A DNA stretch of 64,000 bases from Craspedostauros australis (lineage: Eukaryota). Within the stretch, counting starts at the first letter, position 1, and every line of letters starts with the position of its first letter. Of this stretch, positions 50,101 through 59,223 are shown piece after piece. The translations under genes and the position numbers were made by a program. The notes beneath the pieces are model-generated. The model did no database searches. It worked only from the letters and a program-made list of their open reading frames with translations, and was not told the origin of the DNA. The stretch covers positions 1 through 64,000 of the forward strand of contig JALAGF010005488.1 of the NCBI GenBank assembly GCA_030167865.1. The letters run 5' to 3'.

Positions 50101-50272
50101 TGCTGGCAGCGGACGGTGTGGATTCCGCGCCCTCTTCCGGTTCCGTCGCAGATTCCAATTGTGTGCCGGCAGGATTGGCCACAGACTCGTAGCGAATCAC
50201 GCCATGCTGCAGCGGCGTCAATCGATCCGCCTCGTGCGCGATGTCAGTCACCTGAGACTGCGCTGCCGTCAT
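47159..50272 (-). CDS. Intronless SLOG (TRPM/LSDAT-like) plus double SLATT-like two-TM protein, 1037 aa
   Basis: N-terminal motifs LPNMIIT, SAKTVNAWIV, VVALGL, THILFF, PLLLLKDS are collinear with the TRPM SLOG domain. Two 2-TM modules: ...WQAL...LESEIFLFRCQVGKY and YSPL...YLRARV...QWVVPIILGVTAAL...LVLSAEDII. Confidence 0.7.
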   Translation of the reverse strand: MTAAQSQVTDIAHEADRLTPLQHGVIRYESVANPAGTQLESATEPEEGAESTPSAASIPPKLDRPFVYVPVGYIQRNSADANTGAAGGTGSACKPFVSNVLNAIGLPALPNMIITTPESRLEGGIPAVDVGMDPAISADIKANEAVLKTKIGHILETVVVDSAKTVNAWIVPESPRRWNPVAHQVLSICPASKVSTATNAASGVSKPPEVVALGLLTLMDNEAQEDQQMIKDQIEEIMVPVGSPIQRVCRLDQESDEPSADEDKMDDAPCSQLTHILFFANHHDLNLFREALMEVVPDYMVAFGSRLTLRGRDTVLRTIRNGSPLLLLKDSSQKLATAKAKKPIAATEPEVTMGSDGLDSQDPKTASGQTTAKNRKPTKAKAKVGIRYTTHRVNQLAQMIRHVKRHIRNASASASTSSSKASSGKTKSKAGTSGAPKKKSNPLRTIPPISTTLLTESALASADDLEEVPPGGGEDYQLMDSFLRTFPLEFAPDSAIVVDPLKPNTTPGQVQERLIQALVRCFGLKHAKNPDIQALQQKALDYAWSFHHIMEQYTHKKKGSTEDLHLQLIIFTLASIIASVLYNQYVVGGDNQAATDGSEQMKQHTQTAGYMATILLPLYVTSVKQESDKGTSMRQWQALTIAKSHLESEIFLFRCQVGKYRRPDKRDATIQRCIQLFTKKIQTIWKAVQPYLEDDGMEMLHLNIEKAADEIIDDETAPATTDKLGTKMRELEEREATIVSRAADVASKAKTEARASAAQSPADLLGSAEQAGTALPDEANNAEAAVSEITPLMAGGLASRTSNALKSRASAVTGMLNKPVDMMKDIGGGIEDLLGFESDEDVENQQGGLFVGRGSGGVDDDPEIDDDDEDDDDEDGDEGAKALTGPFLDDHYSPLKVNDYLRARVKRATAAKTTSIQLMSKRNAIVSSSIKFITMLSGAAAALSMQWVVPIILGVTAALNTAQDFRKYPQRIQAGNDLIVQLHKQRLFWMGLSEFQRQLPHNKDHLVLSAEDIIIMELESTHGGSAQAAATDMDEEE

Positions 50273-50800
50273 TGTGGCGTCTCTCTCTCCGCCTTCAATT
50301 CAGGCTCGTGATGTTGTTGACGAGGGTGGCAATGGTGGTGATGGTGGCGATGGATCTCCCAGTGTTGAGAATGGCAACGATGATGGCAGTGTCGGAGGTG
50401 GATTGATGAGCTTGGGGGGGGGGACGATAGATCATCAATCTCTCTCTTTGCTGCTGCTGCTGCTTCAACTCCTGGTACTGGTGGGTGATGTCGGCTTGGT
50501 CTCTCTCACATCGTGGTTGCCGGATACGCAACCCTTGCTGTCCGCGTTGCTCCTTCTGCTTCCGTTTCCGTTCCAAAAGATCCACCAGAAAACGCACGAG
50601 ATGGCATCCACAAGTTTTGTTGGATCCATCGTTGATGTTGTCTCATTTTGAGACAAAGTCTTGGATTCAGTTTTCGGCACCGAAGTCAAGTGGAAACGGT
50701 AAAATAACGCTCGATCTGCTTCCACAAGATACAAATTCTGGTTGTCGCAAAAGAAAATGCACCTGTCACCCAAACCTGTGATGGATTCCGAACATGTCAA

Positions 50801-52540
50801 ATGAACATCATTCTCTGTTGCTCGATTGCGATACTTGGTATCGGTTGTGTCATCGCCATTGCCATTGCCATCGCCATCGCCACCATCTCCAAAAGAGAAA
50901 GGCTGAATCTGCCGACGCAGCCGATGAGATTAGGATTCGTAGCACACCCCACTCTTCTCGCTTGCTTCATGTTCATGAAGTTGACGAGAAACTGTTCGGC
51001 ATCACGGTCATTCGCAGGAACTCCATTGACTCGACCATTCCCTGTCGGCCTCCGGAAAGGGAGCGACTTGCTTGCTTTCTCGATGCTGCGACGCAGCAAA
51101 CGGCTGCGCTCGCCCCGCGGTCTTCAGTCGAGTAGCGATGGAAGTACTCCTTCCATCGTGGCCCCTACCAAGCCGCCCCCCAGGGCTGCTAGTAGTGCTG
51201 CGGTTCCTGTCACGCCATCTCCCAAACGACGCAGGCGACAAGTACGCCGCAAAGGGGGCTCCGGTGAATTGATGACGAAAGAGAGAGCTGCCAAGGATCC
51301 TGTCGGTGATGATGATGAGCAGAGTGGTGGACTATCGCTATCGTCCTCATCCTCGTCATCACCATCTACATCTACATCTACATCAATGCATGATCTCATC
51401 AGCAATCTCAACCCGGGTGTTCCTTTCGTCGACCTGGAGGCGGCGCCGGAGGAGCTGAGACCATCCGCGACTCTCACCACGGGGCAATGTTTCCATTGGA
51501 AGGCGTTGGAACCAACCAGTGTGAAAGACGAAACAAAGCAGAACGACCGTGGTGGGAAGGGAAGCATATCTGCTTGGGGAACACACAACGCCACTGAATG
51601 GATAGGGACGATTCGAACGATGTCTGGCGAATCACTTGTGCTGATCATCCGAGAAACGCCCACCGCAACTCTGTACCGGCCGCTCACCGCGGTTCCGAGC
51701 AACCTTGATCTCCATGCATTCTTGCGTTCCTACTTCCAGCTGGATGTTTCCCTGCGCGAGCTGTACGAGGCTTGGTCGGAGGAAGACCCGAAGCGATTGA
51801 AACGCATTGCGCAATGCATACCAGGGGTCAGACTCATAGATCAGGATCCTTGGGAGTGTCTGGTCAGCTTCATCTGTTCCAGCAACAACAACATCCCGCG
51901 CATCACCAAGATGCTGGCTGCCATTCGGCGCGAATTTGGCAAACCCTTGCTCACTGTGGGCGACGAAACGCACTACTCCTTCCCCAGCATGCTCGAGATG
52001 AAAGAAACAGCGACAGATGGGATCCTGCGCGAGAAGTGTGGCTTGGGATACCGCTCCAAATACATCCTGGAAACGCTGCGAATCCTGGATGATCTCGGTG
52101 GCGAAGCGTACTTGCAGGAAGAATTGCGACACCTGCAGGATCCCATTATCGTCCAGGAAAAGCTCTGCCAATTCTGTGGCGTGGGCCCCAAGGTCGCAGA
52201 TTGTGTGGCGTTGTTCTCGTTGCGACAGGATGGCGCTATCCCTGTGGATGTGCATGTGTGGAACATCGCGAGGCGGGATTATGATGCGGACAACGAGTTG
52301 GAAGACGTCAAGAGCATCACGCCAAGGGTGTACAAAACAGTTGGCGACCTTTTTCGCAACCGATTCCAGATCAAGCCTGGTTGGGCACACTCATTGCTCT
52401 TCGTGGCCGAATTGCCAAGCTTCCGAGCAGTTCTGCCGCAGGACATCGTCCAGGAGATGGAAGACTTCCGCGAGGAAGAGCAACTCCGGAAGCAAGCGAT
52501 GAAGAAGAACAAAGTGGTCTCGAAAAAGGTGTCCAAATGA
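50801..52540 (+). CDS. OGG1: 8-oxoguanine DNA glycosylase/AP lyase
   Basis: TLTTGQCFHW, QDPWECLVSFICSSNNNIPRI, GLGYR, HhH GVGPKVADCVALFSL, PVDVHVW, GWAHSLLF. True start may be 50924 or later. Confidence 0.93.
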   Translation: MNIILCCSIAILGIGCVIAIAIAIAIATISKRERLNLPTQPMRLGFVAHPTLLACFMFMKLTRNCSASRSFAGTPLTRPFPVGLRKGSDLLAFSMLRRSKRLRSPRGLQSSSDGSTPSIVAPTKPPPRAASSAAVPVTPSPKRRRRQVRRKGGSGELMTKERAAKDPVGDDDEQSGGLSLSSSSSSSPSTSTSTSMHDLISNLNPGVPFVDLEAAPEELRPSATLTTGQCFHWKALEPTSVKDETKQNDRGGKGSISAWGTHNATEWIGTIRTMSGESLVLIIRETPTATLYRPLTAVPSNLDLHAFLRSYFQLDVSLRELYEAWSEEDPKRLKRIAQCIPGVRLIDQDPWECLVSFICSSNNNIPRITKMLAAIRREFGKPLLTVGDETHYSFPSMLEMKETATDGILREKCGLGYRSKYILETLRILDDLGGEAYLQEELRHLQDPIIVQEKLCQFCGVGPKVADCVALFSLRQDGAIPVDVHVWNIARRDYDADNELEDVKSITPRVYKTVGDLFRNRFQIKPGWAHSLLFVAELPSFRAVLPQDIVQEMEDFREEEQLRKQAMKKNKVVSKKVSK

Positions 52541-52905
52541 TGAATGTTTGCAATGGCATTGCTACGAACCCGGACTGGAGTGGAGCGTACATACACGTAC
52601 TCTACGAGTTGTTGCACCTTGCTTTCTCGTATCATGCATACGAGTACGCACAGACACATCGCCAAGTTTACTATAATACCTTTCAGTTGATTTCTCGTAG
52701 TCGTCTGTGTCAATAGGCATGTTGTGATGTTCCCATGATACTCTAGAGTTCTATACCCTTCTTGTTGCGTGCAACACGGAACCCAGTTTCACTCGTCCTC
52801 CTTCTGTGCAGTCTCGGTTATTGGGCTTCCAATCAGATCAGCTTCCCCCTCCGAATTTGTATGTATCCCACATCTCCTTTGAGATGAAATCTCACCTTCG
52901 GGCTC

Positions 52906-55900
52906 TCACCTCCGCGGACTCTCCTCCGACCGCTTGAGCTGGCGGACGACCTCCTTCCCCTTCTGCAACCACTCTGCGCGATTGTTCAAGGCATACCGAA
53001 GAAGTTCTTTGCCTGATGCTCCGAATGCTGGGCATTGATTTAATCGATGGGCCAAAGGAATGATGTAAAAGTCAAAGAATGCAATCTCTCCCGTGTACCA
53101 GTTGTCAGCAGGGTTTTGTGTCGATCTTCCTTGGTTGTAAGCGTCGTGCGTTTCCTTGAAGAAGCATGAGTTCCACCGGCGGTACACATTCCAGTGCTGC
53201 ATTGTGTGAGCAACGTCAGAAACCTGGATGATGTGCTCGAGGACAGCCGTCTTTTGATGGTTGGACAGGTCTTGGTGCGACATGCTGGCAAGGCTGCTGC
53301 TGGTGCTGCTGTCGTCTTCTGATCCCGTCCCGAACAAGGTGCCCCAGCGCTTCTTGCGAGCCGTCTGCAAGTCTCTGTCGACGATGTCGGTGACGAGGAG
53401 TGCATGGATGAGGAGTTGCTTGAATCGGTCGAATTCCTCCTTGGTGGTGTAGATGGTCCGACGGAGGTCCTTGAAGGAGTCCCTCATCAGGAGCTTCCAC
53501 GCAATATCCAGAGAGTTGCGTTCGGCGAAGCTCGTCTTGTACATAGAGGCCAAACTGCTTCCTTCGGTCTGGAGTTGTTGATTGGAAACGCCCGGGTGGT
53601 CGATGTCATGCACCAGCGCGGTCAGCACCAAAGTGAACTGTGTCAACGGGTCGTCCAGCGACACCTCGGTATGGGTCATATGGCTGAGGAGCTTGGTCAC
53701 TGACATGAGCACATGGCTCGCATGCTCGAAGTTGTGAAATGGGTGAGCGCGGTAGCATGACGCCACCTCGCGAACGTACATGTTGAGCTGTCTGGCCACC
53801 TCGTCATCAAGGACAACGTGATTGGCGTCAACTGTTCCTTCGATGACGGGAAAGTCGATGCAGTGCGATGGCGTGGCATGGCCAAGCACAGCTTCGCGTT
53901 CCAGCGTGTCCAGCTCCGCAGGATCGGCCTTTTTTACATCCTTCAGATGCGAGTTCAGCTCCCTCCAAGCGATGGTCTTGCGTAGGAACATCCCCAGCGT
54001 TTCCGAATGCCACTTGATGAGGCTGGCTCGTTTGTAGGAATCGAAGAAATCCTCCGTGTCTTGGACGGCATCGTCGTTCAGGTAGTGGCTCGAGCTGTTT
54101 TCGGGGCCCTCGGACAAGGTGCTGTGCGTTCCGTCACCTTGGATTTGGAGCCAGTACGTCTGCAGTTCCCCGAGGCCCTTGGCTACGATTCGGTCATCAC
54201 GCTTCTTCACCCAAAAGCGCTTGCCCCGCGCAATCAGAATGTCAGCGGTATCCTTCGAGATGTGGATTCTGCCTCTCTGGCCAGTGCTCTCGATGCGAGA
54301 TGCCGTGTTCATCGTGTCGCCGAAGAGCTGGAAACGCGCTCGCTGACCACGAAGGACACCTGCGGTGACGGGGCCGCTGTGGAGTCCGAAACGCATGGCC
54401 AGGTTGCTGGTGTCAGGACCTAGCTCGAGCTCGAGCTCTTTGACCAGGTTTCCCATTTCGATGAGACAATCCCTGGAAAATCTAGCCATGGCGATGGCAT
54501 GGTCCTTGCGAGGCTCAGGGAGACCACAAACAGCGACGTAGCAGTCACCGACGGTCTCGACCTTGAAGACGGAATGGTGATCTGCGATTTGATCGAAAGC
54601 GTTGAAGATGGTCTCCAGCAGCAAGAACACCTACGCAATCAATTTTGTCGAAGTTGATTGATGAGTTTGATATCGGGAGGAGCAACAAAGTGGTATAACA
54701 TGATATTGTGCATGGAACGTCGATGGAAAAAGGCTTCTTGTGAGACTCATGATGTAACCCGATGCAGCCTTTGCTTTTGGTTTTGGCAAGAGCGGCAACA
54801 CCAATGGCAACACCAACGGCAACACCAACGGTTGAAGCCACAACAGGACGGCGCCGTGACAACTGCCCATGCCATTGTCGCTGGCAGCTGTAACCTCGTT
54901 ACACGGAATACCACAAGAAAACTACACACATGATTGCGATGCGGCTTACCTGCGTCGGTTCTCTCATCGAACTCCAAGCGGTGAAGCCAACGATGTCCGC
55001 AAACATTATCGTAGTGTCGCTGAAGAGGTCGGCAATGGGTTTTGTCCTCACCGGGGCTGGGCCTCCTGTGACGCCGTAGTCCCCAATGGCTTGCATGGTG
55101 ATGTGATCCCTGTGATCTGTCTCCTCCATGATTTGCTCCGCGACGTTCTTTGGGAAGAGAGATGAGACGACTGCTGTCGAGCGTTCTGCGGTGCGCACGA
55201 CCTTCTTGTTGCGGTGTTGAACCAGCACGTCGTAAATAAAGAAAACCATCGCAGTGAAGACGAAGATGGACACCACGATGATGGTGTAGTTCTTGGAATG
55301 GTCTGTGGTCCAAAAGTCAACGAAGTTGTCAGTCATGTGTGTTGAGACGTAATAAGCGCACGGAGACTCGTCTTGACTGTCATCACTTGTGCTCGTGGGC
55401 GTGCCATCGCCGTCCTGTTCGTTCAGGCGACGGTCATCGCTGCTGTCGGCAGTGTCTGGATCGTGCGGGAATATCTTGACGGTCTGAGCGGTGCTGTCGT
55501 ATTTGGAATTGTGCTTGAAGTTGATGCCGATGAAGTCGGTTGTACCGCGGCTTGTGGTCCGGAATGAGTACCTTGTGCTCTCCTCTTCCTGATTTTTACA
55601 CCGGTGTTCGACATCAATGACCATACCAACTGCCTCGCCCTCTAGGATTCCATTCAAGATGTCTGCCCATGCGATTGCTGCGACGGCGACACCGATGATG
55701 GGTGCGTCGGGTGCAAAAGAGTCGAAGATTGGTTCCAAGAGGATGCTGATGGGTTGTCCAGTGGCGATCTCAGCAACGCGGTCCAGCTGGCGGGAGCTTG
55801 ACCCGTCTCCGGGCTCGCCGTATCGGGTGATGATTTCGGCGTCCAAGACGGAAGTGAACGCAGCCGCGCGCCTCGCCACAACGTCGTTCCATGCCGAACG

Positions 55901-57285
55901 GAACCAAGTTGCGGTGAGATAGTCCACCATGATGGTCGACTCAGCAGGGTTGGGTGGAACGGGGTGGACCTGCCAAGCTGGCAAATGGTAGCCAAGAGAT
56001 GGCAAGGGTCCCGCTGGATCTTGATAGTCGACCACGTTTGGGCGGATGGAGCTGGGGGTGCTCTCGTCGATGATCGTCTCTTCGGAATCATGATCATGAT
56101 GCACAATATGCTGTGCTCTGTCTTCGGTGATCCAGCCCTGATGCTCCACCGCGTAGGCTTCCCATGCCGCGAGATCCGCTTCGCCAACAACTGGGAGGAC
56201 GGAGATTGCTTGGGCTTGCCCGAGCTCGGCGAAGTTCCTTGCCCGGACTCCGTAGTTGGGAAGTGTCATGTTTGGATGCGATACGAGTGATGCTCCTTGG
56301 GGTCCTTGGAGATCAGAGCGCGCTTCCATGTCCTCGTGGTGGTTGGGATGGACGACCATCGATGTCCAGGCATCTGTGAGGCCGCGAACGGACTGATCGG
56401 CCTTCAAGAGGCTGTTCTGGGTCGATTCGAACACTTCCTCCGCAAATTCTTCGAACTGGTTGTTGGTTCGAGCGATGACAAACAAAGAGGGACAGAATAG
56501 GACAGGAGCAACCGGAGGGTTGGAAGATGTGCAACGAGGAGCATGACGAAGCGAAGGTAGCCGGGCATAGGCAGTTCGGTAGCGCAGCATATCGGCCGGA
56601 AGAATTTGACAGCCGAAGGATGGTGAGGGTGAGGTTTTGAATTCGAACAGCATGAACAAGTTGTTGATGGTCCGCTGTCGCTGCTGCTGTCGCTGCTGCT
56701 AAGGAGAGATTGATGCTCCTCTTGGCTGTCATTCGGCAGGTAGACCATAGTAGCAACATAGTGTGGTTGGGCATGGCACAGGCAAGCACGCAAGCACCAC
56801 TGGTACCGTGAGCCGTGTCAGGTCGCAACACTGATGCTTACCTCGTCTTCGTACCATACCACGTCTTCTTTTTCCATGAACAAATAGGTTCCAACACCAG
56901 ACGCAGCCGCTGCTATGAAAAGCACGAGGTACATCGCCAGCTTGGAGCGGTTGACGAGCTTTGTTTCCGTCTTGACGAAAGACTCGACTGGTTGCGAGTT
57001 GCTGGGTTTCTCGCCTGGCAATATTGGGAGCTCCGCGTCGTAGCTCATCTCGTCAGGTTGGGAGTATCGCGCGCCGTTGCTCTCCAGCCATTCCTTCATG
57101 GAGGCAGCCGCTGTGGCATTTGCAACGGCGTGCTCAGCAGCGAGCTCAGCTCCCATGGTGCCGCTGCTGTTGCTGCTTCCAACAGGAAGGGTGGCGGATT
57201 GGGGTTTCTCCACCATCTGTCTGCTGGAGTCCGATTCTCCACCCTCCATGGTTGTTGGTTGGTCGTTTGATTGATGTGTACTCAT
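52906..57285 (-). CDS. Membrane-anchored class III nucleotide cyclase (probably guanylate) fused to a class I phosphodiesterase; exons 57285-56842, 56455-54950, 54630-52906
   Basis: Two TM helices flank an extracellular region; cyclase motifs MFADIVGFT, KVETVGDCY, LFGDTMNTASRIES; PDE motifs FHNFEHASH, HDIDHPG, SDVAH; introns 56456-56841 and 54631-54949. Confidence 0.92.
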
Positions 57286-59223
57286 GGTGGAAACGGCTGT
57301 GGTTCGACTGCGATTCTACTTTGATTCCACAAGGGTATCGGTACCTTGCTTTGAGTCTGTTTGGTTTCGATTCCTCAATTTATGTCGACAGTGCAGTGTC
57401 AGACCTGAGGGTGGACGCTTTCCGTGGTGCGCCTTGACACAAGCCCATTCTTGATCAACAACACCGAACGCAAAGCTCCCAACCGAGAAACGCTGCGTGC
57501 CGCACCCCAGACCTGTTGGGTCAACCCAGCTCAACCCGACCCGGCACCTCCCACGTATTTCGTCACGCTCAGGGCTGCAGGCAGGATCAGGACGGGACCA
57601 GAGAGAGATCGTGCCCACCGCTATTCGTCGCTTGTGTTCGCAGGTTGGGCACAGGAAGCCTTCTCCTCTGCGAGGCGGCGTTGCGCTGGTGTGGTTTTGC
57701 GTTCGTGCTTCTCCCTCGTTCCATTTCGTTTTCCTACCTTGACGTGGATATTCTTCCACCATCCCACTGACATTTTACAATCAAGGCCACGTAGATACCA
57801 CAGACAGAACATATCATCACATTTCGAAGAGAGTGTGGACGACGAAAAGGCCGCTGCATTCTCCAACTTGCGATGGACCGAATCGTCTCTTGCACTGTAC
57901 CGAGGCAATTGTACCGCATTCCCTGCTGCTCTGCCGTATCTCGGCCACGTACGAGCTTGGGTGCAAACGCTGTTTTATTCCTCGTTTTGCGGCAGAGGAC
58001 TGTCCCTGGTTGGTGACAAACGCGGCTCACGCTGCCACGATGTGTGCCTATCTTCGGAGGATGACACACTTCAATCACGATTAGCGACGACTATTTCATC
58101 TGCCGGGCGCAGCTTCTTCACGGTACATTGAGTCCTATTCCGGCGAAGTTATTGTATCAACCTTGTTACAGTTCGCCAACTCCCCATAGATATTGGGGGA
58201 CCCACTGCCACAAAGCTAAAAGCGGCGCAATTGAATGATCTTGACAAAAGTGTGTAACTCGTGTTTGCGGCTGTGAACTCGATCGCGCCCCAATGCGCTT
58301 TGGAGCAAACAGCACTCCAAAGAATAGCGGGGGTTGTACCTGTGCGCAGGGAGCACTCTCTCTCCCTTTCTCCTTCTGAAGGGCAAGAGCGCAAACAGAG
58401 AACTTCACGAGTACTGTATGGCACACAACCATGGGTACAAGTACTGTGTCAACTAGGGTTTCTATGACAGAATTGTTCTTCGGGTCCAGTCGGATCGCCA
58501 AACAAAAGGCCCACGACGTTGGCTGAGGCGCTGGAGAAAACAGAACATGTTGGCGGATCCCGCGTGAAAACCGGTGGGCGATGGGTTGAACCACAGATTC
58601 GCCTTGTGGGGTTGTGAAGCGCCGCTCCATCGACGCGTTGCGAACGCCTTAGCGGAGGTTTGAGGATGATTGAGTACCTATGGACTCTGCCTTCTGCGCT
58701 GATGCGAGGAACGCGCCGCTCTCCTGCCATGACGTACACTACGCTCTACTCTGCGACGGTCCAATACGGGCATGGCGCAATACATGTTGCAAAATGGAGC
58801 AAAAAGGCTGTTCGCATTCTTGGCTTGTCGCGGCTTATCCCTTCCGTTCTGGGGCTGCGGAGGCTTTCGAATCACATCCGAGGCCCAGGCAGCGTAGTAC
58901 TGGTATGGACGCTGGACGGCACTGGCGGAAGATTACCCACCAACTCGTACGGGCTACTGTACTCGCAGATGCTGTGGTCCACACTTGATGCGCTTCTGCA
59001 GCAACCATCTCGTCACATCGGAACCAAGAGGGTACAAGCCTCCGTGGAGACAACCAATTTCAACCTTTCGCCAGGTTTGGACCTCTTTGACGCTGTACCG
59101 TTTTCTGATGAACATCGTAATCGTTTCTTGCGAACTTCGTAACAAGCAGACGAAAAACAGACGACCGACAGATGATTACGTACGCGTAAGAGCGTCAAGA
59201 GATCGGCCAGAAGAGCAGCCGGG

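Noticed and set aside
57424..59142. ORFs of 150-235 aa between the cyclase-PDE and PPR genes, considered as a transposon relic
   Set aside because: No transposase, RT or integrase motifs, and no terminal repeats seen.
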